From assembly GCA_041640595.1 (NCBI GenBank), contig JBEPZY010000003.1:593311-657310 (forward strand): a DNA stretch of 64,000 bases. Direction: 5' to 3'. Source of the DNA: Gemmatales bacterium (GTDB lineage: Bacteria; Planctomycetota; Planctomycetia; Gemmatales; HRBIN36). The notes below the pieces were generated by a model. It was not told the DNA's origin. It was given only the letters and a program-made list of their open reading frames with translations, and ran no database searches. Of the stretch, positions 29,257-40,504 are shown piece after piece (the first letter of the stretch is position 1; every line of letters starts with the position of its first letter). The translations under genes and the position numbers were made by a program.

Positions 29257-30240
29257 ATGCTTTACCTCACGGAAGCGGAAGTGCAACAAATCCTGAGCAT
29301 GGAGCTGGCTCTCGAGGCGGTGCGCGACGCCTTCCGCGCCTGGGGACTGGAAGAAGCGGAATGTACGCCGCGGCAACGGTGTCAGACCGATCATGCCATG
29401 CTGCACACCATGTCGGCGGCGATTAAGCGGATAGGAGCGGGAGGTGGAAGTCCGTTGCGGTCGGGCGGCTATCTCGGTTTCAAAGCCTACCTGACCAGTC
29501 GCCAGGGTGCCCATTTCCATGTGGTGCTGTATCAGGAAGGCACGCTGCGACCGCTGGCCTGGCTGGAGGCGGATTATTTAGGTCAGGTGCGCACCGGAGC
29601 GGTCAGCGGATTGGCCACGGAACTGTTAGCCCGGCCCGATGCCAGCGAAGTTGGAGTGTTCGGTAGTGGCCGGCAGGCACGCACACAACTCTGGGCCGTC
29701 TGTTGCGTTCGTCCGATACGCTGCGTCCATGTTTACAGCCCCCAGCCGGAACATCGCCTTCATTTCGCCGAAGAAATGAGCCGTCGGCTCAACGTCGAGG
29801 TGCATCCCGTTTCCCGTCCGGATCTCGCCGCCGCAGACAAGGATATCGTCATCACCGCTACCAGTAGCCGCGACCCGGTGCTGCGCGGGGACTGGCTGGC
29901 CGAAGGAACGCATCTGAACGTCATCGGCTCGAATTTCCTCAGCAAAGCCGAGATCGATCCCGTTACCATCCGCCGTGCCGATGTGATTGTCGTGGACAGC
30001 AAGGAGCAATGTCGGCGAGAAGCCGGAGATTTTGTCGCTGCTCTCGAAGAAGGTTCGCTTCACTGGTCGGATGTGTATGAACTCGCCCAGGTGCTCATCG
30101 GTCGCTATCCCGGACGCCGCAAGCCGGAACAGATCACGCTTTTCAAGTCGGTCGGTGTAGCTCTGGGCGATGTCGCGATTGCCGCCCGAATCTATGAACT
30201 GGCTCGGCAACAGCAGATTGGACGTGAGGTGCCACCGTGA
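29257..30240 (+). CDS. Ornithine cyclodeaminase/mu-crystallin family protein
   Basis: RTGA, GSGRQA and FKSVG motifs. Confidence 0.92.
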   Translation: MLYLTEAEVQQILSMELALEAVRDAFRAWGLEEAECTPRQRCQTDHAMLHTMSAAIKRIGAGGGSPLRSGGYLGFKAYLTSRQGAHFHVVLYQEGTLRPLAWLEADYLGQVRTGAVSGLATELLARPDASEVGVFGSGRQARTQLWAVCCVRPIRCVHVYSPQPEHRLHFAEEMSRRLNVEVHPVSRPDLAAADKDIVITATSSRDPVLRGDWLAEGTHLNVIGSNFLSKAEIDPVTIRRADVIVVDSKEQCRREAGDFVAALEEGSLHWSDVYELAQVLIGRYPGRRKPEQITLFKSVGVALGDVAIAARIYELARQQQIGREVPP

Positions 30241-31256
30241 CCGATGTACCTGCGGACCCCGGGAAACCGACTCCCCAGGCCGAACCCCGGCGTTCTGATC
30301 TTTCCCGCCCTTCTCCTCCTCGCTCGCCGCGGCAGACGCTTTCCTACCTGCGTGGTCTGCTCGAAGCACACGGTTTGCGTCCCAAAAATAAACTCGGCCA
30401 ATCGTTCCTGATCGATCTCAACTTCCTCGACTTCATGGTGCGTCAGGCCGAGCTCTCCAGAGCCGACCTGGTGATCGAAGTCGGCAGCGGTACCGGCAGC
30501 CTCACGGCAAAACTGGCCGAACAGGCGGGACACGTGCTGAGCGTGGAAATCGATCCCGGCTTCTTCGCGCTGGCTCAGGAAAACACCGAGCAATTCGACA
30601 ACGTTACCCTGCTGCTGGCGGACATTCTGGAGAAAAAGAGCCGCCTCAATCCTGAAGTATTGCAACATCTGCAACGCCTATTGCAATCGGGACACTGGCA
30701 ACGCTTGAAACTGGTTTCCAATTTGCCGTTCGTCGTCGCTACGCCGGTCATCGTCAACTTTCTGTTGACCGACCTGCCGCTGCAAATGCTCCTGGTAACT
30801 ATCCAGTGGGAATTGGCAGCGCGGCTGGAGGCATCGCCCGGCACCAAGGATTACAGCGCCGTCAGCGTCATCGTGCAAGCGCTGGCCGACGTGCAGGTGC
30901 TCAGACGAATGCCACCGCAATTGTTCTGGCCCCGGCCCAAAGTGGATTCCGCGCTGGTCAAAATCATACCGCGACCGGATAAGAAGGCGGCCATTCCCGA
31001 CCTGCCCTGGTTCCATCGCCTGGTGCGCGACATTTACCTGCACCGTCGCAAGAACCTCCGCAGTGCTCTCGAACCGCTTTACAAGGGTCAGCTCACCCGT
31101 GAGCAACTCGACGAGTTGCTTCGCCAGCACGGCTTCGATCCCCACGGTCGCGCCGAAGCCCTTTCCGTTGCCGAGCATATTCGCCTGAGCACAATTTTGC
31201 CACGTTACGAACATCCATCCGCCGAAAGCCAGGACGCGGACACCGAATCGGACTGA
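30237..31256 (+). CDS. rsmA: 16S rRNA adenine dimethyltransferase RsmA/KsgA
   Basis: LGQSFLID, EVGSGTG, SNLPF, FWPRPKVDS and RRKNLR motifs. Confidence 0.95.
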   Translation: MTDVPADPGKPTPQAEPRRSDLSRPSPPRSPRQTLSYLRGLLEAHGLRPKNKLGQSFLIDLNFLDFMVRQAELSRADLVIEVGSGTGSLTAKLAEQAGHVLSVEIDPGFFALAQENTEQFDNVTLLLADILEKKSRLNPEVLQHLQRLLQSGHWQRLKLVSNLPFVVATPVIVNFLLTDLPLQMLLVTIQWELAARLEASPGTKDYSAVSVIVQALADVQVLRRMPPQLFWPRPKVDSALVKIIPRPDKKAAIPDLPWFHRLVRDIYLHRRKNLRSALEPLYKGQLTREQLDELLRQHGFDPHGRAEALSVAEHIRLSTILPRYEHPSAESQDADTESD

Positions 31257-31303
31257 ACACCGGCCCCGTTCATGCCAGTTGCACCGAACAAACACCGCGC
31301 AAC

Positions 31304-33392
31304 CAGGAGCGGCTGGCGTGAGCCAGCCGTGGTTCGAGAAACGCGTTTGCAGCGGTAACACCGCAATTGTCGCGCAGAGGCCACCAGTCGGTGGTCTGTG
31401 CACGGACACCGTTGCAACTGCGTTACTCACACCCACGGCGGGCTGACGCCCGCCGCTCCTGCTGGTACGTTCGCGAGTCGGCGAACAGTGCTCGATTTTT
31501 GCGATAGCCCATTGTATCACCCGCCACGGCGGGCTGACGTCCGCCGCTCCTGGGAATGCGCGTTCGTGCATCGCACAAATCGTTTTTCCGCCGACAAACG
31601 TTCGCAACTCAACACAAGAGCGGGGGGCGTAAGCCCCCCGTGGTGCGGGAGCCGATTGTGCAGTGGCAAACGTAACCACTCCACGGAGATCGCTCGCCAT
31701 TGCAGATGCGTTTTTCGATACCACGGCGGGCTGACGCCCGCCGCTCCTGGGAATGTGCGTTCGTGCATCGCACAAATCGTTTTTTTCCCCGACAAACGTT
31801 CGCACTGCACCAAGAGCGGGGGGCGTAAGCCCCCCGTGGGATACAAAACGCCGTTGCAAATCGCAACCGCTTTTCTGCGGCAATCTGCGCGCGGGCAATC
31901 AGGAGCGGCTGACGTGAGCCAGCCGTGGTTCGAGAAACGCGCTTGCAGCGGCAACACCGCAATTGTCGCGCAGAGGCGACCAGTCGGTGGTCTGTGCACG
32001 AACACCGTTGCAACTGCGTTACTCATACCCACGGCGGGCTGACACCCGCCGCTCTTGCGAATGTGCGTTCGTGCATCGCACAAATCGTTTTTTCCCCGAC
32101 AAACGTTCGCACTGCACCAAGAGCGGGGGGCGTAAGCCCCCCGTGGGATGTTCTCGGTATGCGAACTCGAAACGCGGAAATCCAACGCGTTGCCGTTGCC
32201 AACGTGGTTTCCGACCAGCGGCAGGCTGACGCCGGTCTCTGAACGAAAGCGCCCGCAATTGCAATAACGTTACTCATACCCACGGCGGGCTGACACCCGC
32301 CGCTCTTGTTGGTACGTTCGCGAGTCGGCGAACAGTGCTCGATTTTTGCGATAGCCCATTGTATCACCCACCACGGCGGGCTGACGCCCGCCGCTCTTGG
32401 GAATGTGCGTTCGTGCATCGCACAAATCGTTTTTCCGCCGACAAACGTTCGCAACTCAACACAAGAGCGGGGGGCGTAAGCCCCCCGTGGGATGTTCTCG
32501 GTATGCGAACTCGAAACGCGGAAATCCAACGCGTTGCCGTTGCAACCGTGGTTTGCGACCAGCAGCAGGCTTACACCGGTCGCTGGACGAAATCGCCCGC
32601 AATTGCAACTGCGTTACTCATACCCACGGCGGGCTGACGCCCGCCGCTCCTGGGAATGCGCGTTCGTGCATCGCACAAATCGTTTTTTCGCCGACAAATG
32701 TTCGCCCTGCACCAAGAGCGGGGGGCGTAAGCCCCCCGTGGGAAACAAAACGCCGTTGTCAATCGCAACCGCTTTTCTGCAGCAATCCGCGCGCGGGCAA
32801 CCAGGAGCGACTGGCGTGAGCCAGCCGTGGTTCGAGAAACGCGTTTGCAGCGGTAACACCGCAATTGTCGCGCAGAGGCCACCAGTCGGTGGTCTGTGCA
32901 CGGACACCGTTGCAACTGCGTTACTCATACCCACGGCGGGCTGACGCCCGCCGCTCTTGCTGGTACGTTCGCGAGTCGGCGAACAGTGCTCGATTGTTGC
33001 GATAGCCCATTGTATCACCCGCCACGGCGGGCTGACGCCCGCCGCTCCTGGGAATGCGCGTTCGTGCATCGCACAAATCGTTTTTTCGCCGACAAACGTT
33101 CGCACTGCACCAAGAGCGGGGGGCGTAAGCCCCCCGTGGGATGTTCTCGGTATGCGAACTCGAAACGCGGAAATCCAACGCGTTGCCGTTGCCAACGTGG
33201 TTTCCGACCAGCAGCAGGCTGACGCCGGTCTCTGAACGAAAGCATCCGCAATTGCAACTGCGTTACTCATACCCACGGCGGGCTGACGCCCGCCGCTCTT
33301 GTTGGTACGTTCGCGAGTCGGCGAACAGTGCTCGATTTTTGCGATAGCCCATTGTATCACCCACCACGGCGGGCTGACGCCCGCCGCTCCTG
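31304..33392. repeat. REP/BIME-like mosaic array 2 (20 intact hairpin nodes, 3 decayed nodes, 6 recurring linker types)
   Basis: Manual parse; lies between convergent rsmA and an aminotransferase gene. Confidence 0.92.
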
Positions 33393-33415
33393 TTGGGCCG
33401 ACCTTGATTCGCAGC

Positions 33416-34654
33416 TTACGTTACCACCGATTCACTAGCGGTTTCACTGCGGAGGCAGCGGTGGATTTGCCGCAATGCCTGGCGTAGCCGCTGTTCATTT
33501 TCGACCAGTGCCAGGCGCACGTAACCTTCTCCCGCTTCCCCGAAACCGCGGCCCGGACTGACCGCGACTTCCGCTTCTTCGAGCAACTTCATGGCAAAGT
33601 CGAAGGAACTCAGATGCTGCCAGGCCGGCGGATATTTGGCCCAGACGAACATGCCCGCCTTCGGCGTTTGCAGTTCCCAGCCTCCTCGCCGCAATCCCTC
33701 CACCAGCACATCGCGGCGACGTTGATAAACCAGGGCCTGGCGTTGCACGGCTTCCTCGCATTCCCGTAACGCAACTATCGCCGCGATCTGAATCGCCTGG
33801 AAAATTCCGTAATCGTAATAGCCTTTGATGGTGGCCAGGGCGCGGATCATCTCGGCGTTTCCAGCACAAAAACCGATCCGCCAGCCGGCCATGTTGTACC
33901 CTTTGCTCATGGTCGTTGTTTCCACACCGACTTCCTTGGCGCCGGGCACCGAGAGAAAGCTTGGCGGCTGGTAACCATCGAAGCCGACATCCCCGTAGGC
34001 AAAATCGTGGATCACCATAAAACCGTACCGTTTCGCCAGCCTCACCACTTCCACGAAAAAGTCCCGTTCGACAACCGTTCCCGTCGGATTGTGCGGGAAA
34101 TTCAGCACCAGCAACTTCGGTCGCGGATAAAGATGCTCCGCCATCATGGCCACACGAGACAGGAAAGTCTCCGGCTGGGTGCAATCGAGGCTGATCACAT
34201 TGCCCGAAGCCAGGTACACCGCATACACATGGATCGGGAAAGAAGGCGCGGGCACGATGGCCGTGTCGCCCGGCCCGATCAAAGCCAGGCACATGTGGCT
34301 GAACGCTTCCTTCGAGCCGAGGCAGGCGATGACTTCCGTTTCCGGGTCGAGCCGAACCCCGTGTTTGCGTTCATAGCGCCGGGCCACTTCCCGACGAAGG
34401 TTGTACAACCCGGCACTGACGGAATAGCGATGATTGCGGTCATCGTGAGCCGCCTCGCAGAGTTTCTCGATAATCAGCGGATCGGGCACATCCGTCGGGT
34501 TGCCCATGCCCAGGTCAATAATGTCCCGGCCTTCGCGGCGCTTTTGATATTTCAGGGCATTGAGCTTGGCGAAAAGGTAGGGCGGCAGGCGTTTGACCCG
34601 GTCCGCTACCTGCACCACAAATGGCTCCGAAGATTCGTTCCTGGTCTGGCTCAT
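33416..34654 (-). CDS. Class I/II aminotransferase (AlaC / LL-diaminopimelate aminotransferase-like)
   Basis: DLGMGNP, GSKE, NFPHNPT, DFAY and [12 protein letters not shown] motifs. Confidence 0.93.
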   Translation of the reverse strand: MSQTRNESSEPFVVQVADRVKRLPPYLFAKLNALKYQKRREGRDIIDLGMGNPTDVPDPLIIEKLCEAAHDDRNHRYSVSAGLYNLRREVARRYERKHGVRLDPETEVIACLGSKEAFSHMCLALIGPGDTAIVPAPSFPIHVYAVYLASGNVISLDCTQPETFLSRVAMMAEHLYPRPKLLVLNFPHNPTGTVVERDFFVEVVRLAKRYGFMVIHDFAYGDVGFDGYQPPSFLSVPGAKEVGVETTTMSKGYNMAGWRIGFCAGNAEMIRALATIKGYYDYGIFQAIQIAAIVALRECEEAVQRQALVYQRRRDVLVEGLRRGGWELQTPKAGMFVWAKYPPAWQHLSSFDFAMKLLEEAEVAVSPGRGFGEAGEGYVRLALVENEQRLRQALRQIHRCLRSETASESVVT

Positions 34655-34812
34655 GTTGGACTTTTTCTCCTGGCACGAAAAAGGAGACCGGCCCGCCTGG
34701 TATCGCAGTTGCTCGGCACATTACCGCGTGGGCCCGGAACACATCGCTATAATGCCGTTCGGACGAATCTTCCGAAAAGCATCCTTGGGCATTGTAGCTC
34801 GGAAGCGCAGAT

Positions 34813-35637
34813 ATGGCTGCCGTACACGTCCTGGTGCTGCGTGCTCCCGGGGCCAACTGTGACGAAGAAACGCAATTTGCTTTTCAACTGGCTGGTGCCC
34901 AGGCGGAGCGCGTCCATATCGGTCGGCTGCGCGAAAATCCCCGTTTGCTCCGCCATTACCAGGTTCTGGCCATTCCGGGTGGTTTCACCTACGGCGATGA
35001 CGTGGCCGCTGGCAAAATTTTGGCCAATCAGCTTCGTTTCTACCTCGCCGAGGAATTGCAGCGTTTTCGCGACGAGGGCAAGCTGATCCTGGGCATCTGC
35101 AACGGTTTTCAGGCCTTGCTTAAAGCAGGCTTGCTCGTTCCGCCTATTCGCGTCCCCAAGTCCGTACTGTGCGTAATCGGCGAAGCTGCGGATCAGGAAG
35201 AAGTGGAGGTGATCCCGGCGACGCTGGCGGCCAATGCGCACGGCCGATTCGAGGATCGCTGGGTCTTTCTGGCCACTCAGCCCAACCACTGTCCGTTTCT
35301 GGCCGGTTACGACCGCTGGCAGGCACCGGTAGCGCACGGGGAAGGCCGCTTTCTTTGCCCTCACCACAGCGTCTGGCAGGAACTGGAACGTCGTGGCCAG
35401 CTTGTGCTTCGTTATGTGGACGCCGAGGGCCAGCTCGCTGGTTTTCCCTTCAATCCGAACGGTTCCCAGGGCAACGTCGCCGGCATGTGCGATCCCACAG
35501 GCCGCGTTCTTGGACTGATGCCCCATCCGGAACGCCATGTCTTGCCGACGCACCATCCGCACTGGCCACGCCGCGGTCTTGCCGTTGAAGGTGACGGTCT
35601 GCGCCTCTTTCGCAATGCCGTTCGCTATTTCACCTGA
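34813..35637 (+). CDS. purQ: Phosphoribosylformylglycinamidine synthase I
   Basis: PGANCD, PGGFTYGD, GICNGFQ, AHGEG, NPNGS and MPHPER motifs. Confidence 0.96.
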   Translation: MAAVHVLVLRAPGANCDEETQFAFQLAGAQAERVHIGRLRENPRLLRHYQVLAIPGGFTYGDDVAAGKILANQLRFYLAEELQRFRDEGKLILGICNGFQALLKAGLLVPPIRVPKSVLCVIGEAADQEEVEVIPATLAANAHGRFEDRWVFLATQPNHCPFLAGYDRWQAPVAHGEGRFLCPHHSVWQELERRGQLVLRYVDAEGQLAGFPFNPNGSQGNVAGMCDPTGRVLGLMPHPERHVLPTHHPHWPRRGLAVEGDGLRLFRNAVRYFT

Positions 35638-35889
35638 TGTTATTCCCCCTCGATCGCCTCCAGTCTCGAAACTTGCCGACCGCTTCGGCCAGCTCGACCC
35701 GCCGCCTGCCTCCGTTATTTTTTCGCCCGTGCCCGAAACCAAGGTCGCCAACCTTATCCCGGCGGGCAAGCAACCTGCCAGACATTGCCCAGCGCCCTTG
35801 CTAAAATGCCCGGCGATCCAGCACAAATTTCGCCCAATAACCGATGCTGCTTCTGCAGCAGCCGTCGGGCCTTCTCTTAGGAGCTACCT

Positions 35890-37314
35890 ATGCCACGTGC
35901 AGTCCTTACCACCGCCTTGATTCTCGCTAGCCTATCGTGGGCAACTGCTCAAACCAGGCCACCCAACATTATTATCATCCTGGCCGACGACTTAGGCTAT
36001 GGCGATCTAAGTTGTTATCATGCCGCTAAATTCCGCACGCCGCATATAGATCAGTTAGCAGCCCAGGGAGTACGCTTTACTCACTGCTACGCTCCTTTCC
36101 CTTACTGTGCGCCTTCGCGTGCCACGCTCCTGACAGGCCGCTATCCTTTTCGTCACGGCCTGCAAGCCAATCCGTTTCCGGGTGGCGATCCCTTAGTAAA
36201 GAACGCCGATCACCTCGGCCTGCCCGCTTCCGAACTTACACTCGCCAGGCTCCTCCAGCAGAAAGGTTATGTGAGTTTAGCTATCGGTAAATGGCACTTA
36301 GGACATCAGCCTCAATTCTGGCCGACACGCTTTGGCTTTGATCATTATTTCGGCATCCCTTACAGCAATGACATGCACCCCGTTCGACTGTATGAAGACG
36401 AGAAGGTTGTTGAATACCCTGTGGTGCAGGCGACCCTTACCAGACGCTATACGGAAAGAGCTATCCACTTTATTAAGGAAAATGCCAGCCGTCCTTTCTT
36501 CCTTTATTTGGCCCACGCTATGCCTCATAAGCCCCTGGCTTGTTCCGAGGACTTTTACGGTAAAACGGGCATGGGACTGTATGCCGACACTTTAGCGGAA
36601 TTAGACTGGAGTTGCGGCCAGCTCCTCGACACCCTTCGCCAGTTAGATCTGGATAAACATACCCTGGTGGTCTTTACCAGCGATAACGGTCCCTGGTATG
36701 GCGGGAGTACGGGGGGATTGCGTGGCATGAAAGGACAAACCTGGGAAGGCGGTGTGCGCGTCCCGTTGATTTTCTCGATGCCGGGTCGGCTGCCGACCGA
36801 CCGCACCATTGACGTCCCGGTTATGCTCGGCGACATCTTTACCACCTGCCTGTACGCCGCCGGTGTGAATCCGCCTCAAGATCGCGTCATTGATGGTGTT
36901 AACCTCTGGCCTCTTATGGCCGAGGGTAAACCGCTGGCTCGAGAGGCGATCTATATATTCCGTGGCCCACAATTAATGGCTATACGGCAGGGAAAATGGA
37001 AATTGCATGTCGCAGCACCTCAACCGCCTAAATTCAAGGTCTATAAACCAGGCGACCCCTATAAAGACCCGCGGGGCCCTGACGGTGTGCGAATCCTTGC
37101 ACCTTATGAACAGCCTCATCCCAGCCAGTATCCAGGACTGCTCACCGGCGATCCGGTTACAGAGATTGGTTTATTCGACCTGGAAAACGATCCCGGCGAG
37201 CAGCATAACCTTGCCGAAAAGTACCCAGAAATCGTCCAGAAGTTAAGCGCCTTAGCTGACGGCGTGCGTAAGGAGATGCAGAAGGAAGCCAGGCAACGCA
37301 TGCGCCCTCATTGA
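35890..37314 (+). CDS. Arylsulfatase-like sulfatase
   Basis: Signal peptide; PNIIIILADDLGYGD, CAPSRA and GKWHLG motifs. Confidence 0.95.
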   Translation: MPRAVLTTALILASLSWATAQTRPPNIIIILADDLGYGDLSCYHAAKFRTPHIDQLAAQGVRFTHCYAPFPYCAPSRATLLTGRYPFRHGLQANPFPGGDPLVKNADHLGLPASELTLARLLQQKGYVSLAIGKWHLGHQPQFWPTRFGFDHYFGIPYSNDMHPVRLYEDEKVVEYPVVQATLTRRYTERAIHFIKENASRPFFLYLAHAMPHKPLACSEDFYGKTGMGLYADTLAELDWSCGQLLDTLRQLDLDKHTLVVFTSDNGPWYGGSTGGLRGMKGQTWEGGVRVPLIFSMPGRLPTDRTIDVPVMLGDIFTTCLYAAGVNPPQDRVIDGVNLWPLMAEGKPLAREAIYIFRGPQLMAIRQGKWKLHVAAPQPPKFKVYKPGDPYKDPRGPDGVRILAPYEQPHPSQYPGLLTGDPVTEIGLFDLENDPGEQHNLAEKYPEIVQKLSALADGVRKEMQKEARQRMRPH

Positions 37315-37450
37315 ATTGAAAGGATCAGTCGCCTTTTCCGAGTATTTGGAGCCTCAACCTATCAGGCGGACTTTCCTATGTGCAGCTCGATGATGCGAAT
37401 TCTATCTAAGCATGTCCTATAATTGCCGACTGTGTGATTAGACGCGGAAA

Positions 37451-39088
37451 GTGCCGATGAGCAACTTCGTAACCCGGTGGCAGGAAATCCTGGCCGATCT
37501 CGAAAAGCAAGAAGCGGACTTACGCTTAGGAGGCGGGCCAGAAGCGATTGCTCGACAGCATGAGAAAGGCCGATTAACTGCTCGCGAGCGCATTGCTTTA
37601 CTTTGCGATGCCCTGGATATTGATGGACATAAACATGCCATCTTCTGGGAACTGGGATTGTGGGCCGGCTGGCAGATGTACCGCGACTGGGGTGGAGCTC
37701 CCGCTGGCGGTGTGGTTACCGGCATAGGCGCGGTTCAGGGCCGATTGTGTATGATCATCGCTAACGACGCGACGGTAAAAGCGGGCGCATTTTTTCCAAT
37801 CACGGCGAAGAAAGTTTTGCGGGCCCAGCGCATTGCTTTAGAAAATCGCCTCCCCTTGATTTACCTCGTGGACAGTGCCGGCGTATTTCTCCCGCTGCAG
37901 GATGAGGTGTTTCCTGACGAAGACGATTTCGGCCGAATTTTCCGCAACAACGCGGTTCTAAGTGCTGCCGGCATACCTCAACTCGCCGCGATTATGGGCA
38001 ATTGTGTGGCCGGTGGCGGTTACCTTCCCGTTTTGTGTGACGTCCTGCTTATGACCGAGGGTTCGGGACTATATTTAGCGGGGCCCGCCTTAGTCAAGGC
38101 GGCGATTGGCCAGCAGGTTTCCCACGAAGAATTAGGCGGAGCACGCATGCATGCCTCGATTAGTGGCACTATTGATTTCCGCGAACCTGATGATCGCAGT
38201 TGCCTGAACCGCCTGCGCGAATTGGTTGCTAATTTGTCCGAAGATGCCGGATTGCCTCCCCTGAATGCTGGCACTACAGAACGTCCACCCGAAAGCATTT
38301 ATCAATTCGTCGATCCCCAGGGAATTCGTGAATACGAAATACGCGATGTGATAGCATGTATAGTGGATCAAGGCACCTTCGAGGAATATAAAGCCGACTA
38401 CGCACCGACTCTGGTATGCGGTTTTGCCAGGATAGGGGGAATGCGTATCGGCATCGTTGCTAATCAACGTCACCGCTGCCGCGATGCACATGGTCAGTTA
38501 CAGTATGGCGGTGTCATTTACGTGGATAGCGCTAACAAAGCAGCCAGGTTCGTTATGGTCTGCAATCAGTTGCGAATACCGCTTGTTTTCTTGCAAGATG
38601 TAAATGGATTTATGGTGGGTCGGGAAGCGGAGCAGGCAGGCATTATTCGTGCCGGAGCTAAGCTCGTCAACGTCATCAGCAACAGCGTGGTACCTAAAAT
38701 CACCATTATCATCGGTGGCTCCTTCGGTGCGGGAAACTATGCTCTGTGTGGCAAGGCGTTCGATCCCCGTTTTATTTTCGCCTGGCCGAATGCCCGCTAT
38801 GCCGTCATGGGAGCGCACCAGGCCGCCAGCACGTTGTTAGAAATTACCATTAATCGCCTTGCCCGCGAGGGACGAAAAGTCGAGGCAGAAGAAATAGCCT
38901 CCCTCCGTCAGCGTGTACAGTCCGCCTACGAAGAACAGGCGGATATTCGCTACGGTGCAGCTCGCCTCTGGGTAGATGGCATCATTCCACCAGCCGACAC
39001 TCGCAAGACCTTGATCTGGGCTTTACATATAGTCTATCGTACACTGCCTGACACAGGGCACTTTAGAACCGGTGTTCTGCAAGTATAG
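37451..39088 (+). CDS. Acyl-CoA carboxylase carboxyltransferase (beta) subunit, MCC-like
   Basis: GRLTARERI, ANDATVKAG, VDSAG and GGSFGAGNY motifs. Confidence 0.93.
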   Translation: MPMSNFVTRWQEILADLEKQEADLRLGGGPEAIARQHEKGRLTARERIALLCDALDIDGHKHAIFWELGLWAGWQMYRDWGGAPAGGVVTGIGAVQGRLCMIIANDATVKAGAFFPITAKKVLRAQRIALENRLPLIYLVDSAGVFLPLQDEVFPDEDDFGRIFRNNAVLSAAGIPQLAAIMGNCVAGGGYLPVLCDVLLMTEGSGLYLAGPALVKAAIGQQVSHEELGGARMHASISGTIDFREPDDRSCLNRLRELVANLSEDAGLPPLNAGTTERPPESIYQFVDPQGIREYEIRDVIACIVDQGTFEEYKADYAPTLVCGFARIGGMRIGIVANQRHRCRDAHGQLQYGGVIYVDSANKAARFVMVCNQLRIPLVFLQDVNGFMVGREAEQAGIIRAGAKLVNVISNSVVPKITIIIGGSFGAGNYALCGKAFDPRFIFAWPNARYAVMGAHQAASTLLEITINRLAREGRKVEAEEIASLRQRVQSAYEEQADIRYGAARLWVDGIIPPADTRKTLIWALHIVYRTLPDTGHFRTGVLQV

Positions 39089-39132
39089 TGCGGTAGCGAT
39101 GAACCTGGCTCATCGGATGCTGGGGTGAAACC

Positions 39133-40491
39133 ATGACCATGCAGCGAATTCGTGTTGGCAATGGTTGCGGTTTCTGGGGCGATCAGCCCGATGCACCGGT
39201 TTTCTTAGTTCAGCATGGCCACTTAAATTTTCTCACCCTGGAATATCTGGCCGAGCTTACTATGTCGATCCTTGCCCAGCAGCGCCAGCGCGATGCTGCA
39301 CTAGGATATGCCACCGATTTCGTCGAAGTATTAGAACGTCTCGTTCCACTGTGGTGCGAGCAACCGCAGTTGCGGATCATTACTAACGCTGGGGGACTAA
39401 ATCCGCTTGGTTGTGCGAAACGAGCCGCGGAAATTATCACCCGCCAGGGCTTACACAAACGTATCGGCGTGGTACTGGGCGATGACCTGATGCCACGCCT
39501 CGACGAACTGTTAGCAGCTGGCCATGCGCTAAATCATCTCGATACCGGCGAGCCACTGCAGCATGTGCGTGACCGCGTGGTTACTGCCAATGTATATTTA
39601 GGCGCGGAACCGATAGTTGCGGCGCTAGTTCAAGGGGCAGATTTAGTTATTAGTGGTCGGGTGGCCGATGCCTCGCTTACGGTGGCTCCCGCAGTCTGGG
39701 CCTTTGGCTGGTCGTGGCAGGACTACGATAAACTCGCTGCCGCTACAGTAGCTGGGCACCTGATCGAATGTGGCGCCCAGGTGACTGGGGGACTATATAC
39801 CGACTGGCGGGCCGTTCCAGACTTATGGAACGTCGGTTATCCCATCGCCGAATTAGAATCCGATGGCACGGTGCGAATACTGAGACCGGAAGCAAGCGGG
39901 GGTTGCGTTACTGTAAACACCGTGCGCGAACAATTGCTATACGAAATAGGCGACCCGACTGCCTATATAACGCCCGACGTCGTTGCCGATTTTACTTCTG
40001 TGCATTTACGTCCTTTAGAACCAGACGGTGTTGAAATTACGGGTGCTCGCGGTCGCCCAGCTCCTTCGACTTATAAAGTGGCGATCACCTATCGTGATGG
40101 TTATACATGCACCGGACAGATCGTAGTGACCGGACGCGATGCTGTGGAGAAAGCACATCTGTGTGCAGATATAGTGCGGCGACGGTTACAACGAGCCGGC
40201 CTGCAACCGCAGGAATATCACGTCGAATGCCTGGGTGCCGGCGACAGCGTTCCGGGAGTCTGGCCACGATCCCAACCTTATGAAATCGTGTTGCGAGTAA
40301 GCGTCTGGGACACCCGTCGCCAGGTCCTGGAACGATTTGCCCGAGAACTCGCTCCGCTGGTAACCAGTGGACCTCCTGGCGTAACAGGCTATGCTACAGG
40401 GAGACCTCCTATACGCGAGGTCTTTGCCTACTGGCCTGCGCTCATTGCTCGCTCGACTATTCGGCCGGAAATCCATATTTTAGAAACCTGA
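39133..40491 (+). CDS. AtuA/DUF1446 family protein
   Basis: GFWGD, EYLAELT, GRVAD, GHLIECG and EQLLYEI motifs. Confidence 0.9.
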   Translation: MTMQRIRVGNGCGFWGDQPDAPVFLVQHGHLNFLTLEYLAELTMSILAQQRQRDAALGYATDFVEVLERLVPLWCEQPQLRIITNAGGLNPLGCAKRAAEIITRQGLHKRIGVVLGDDLMPRLDELLAAGHALNHLDTGEPLQHVRDRVVTANVYLGAEPIVAALVQGADLVISGRVADASLTVAPAVWAFGWSWQDYDKLAAATVAGHLIECGAQVTGGLYTDWRAVPDLWNVGYPIAELESDGTVRILRPEASGGCVTVNTVREQLLYEIGDPTAYITPDVVADFTSVHLRPLEPDGVEITGARGRPAPSTYKVAITYRDGYTCTGQIVVTGRDAVEKAHLCADIVRRRLQRAGLQPQEYHVECLGAGDSVPGVWPRSQPYEIVLRVSVWDTRRQVLERFARELAPLVTSGPPGVTGYATGRPPIREVFAYWPALIARSTIRPEIHILET

Positions 40492-40504
40492 ACGAGGGCA
40501 ACCC

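Noticed and set aside
30678..33360. Many ORFs with HGGLTPAAP / RAGGVSPPW motifs (also at 13.2-14.4 kb and 63.7-64 kb)
   Set aside because: They are translations of the palindromic repeats in all six frames, with no RBS or protein-like composition.
31304..33392. CRISPR array
   Set aside because: Repeats occur in both orientations, the 'spacers' recur and are 60-130 nt long, and there are no cas genes or leader; REP/BIME fits better.
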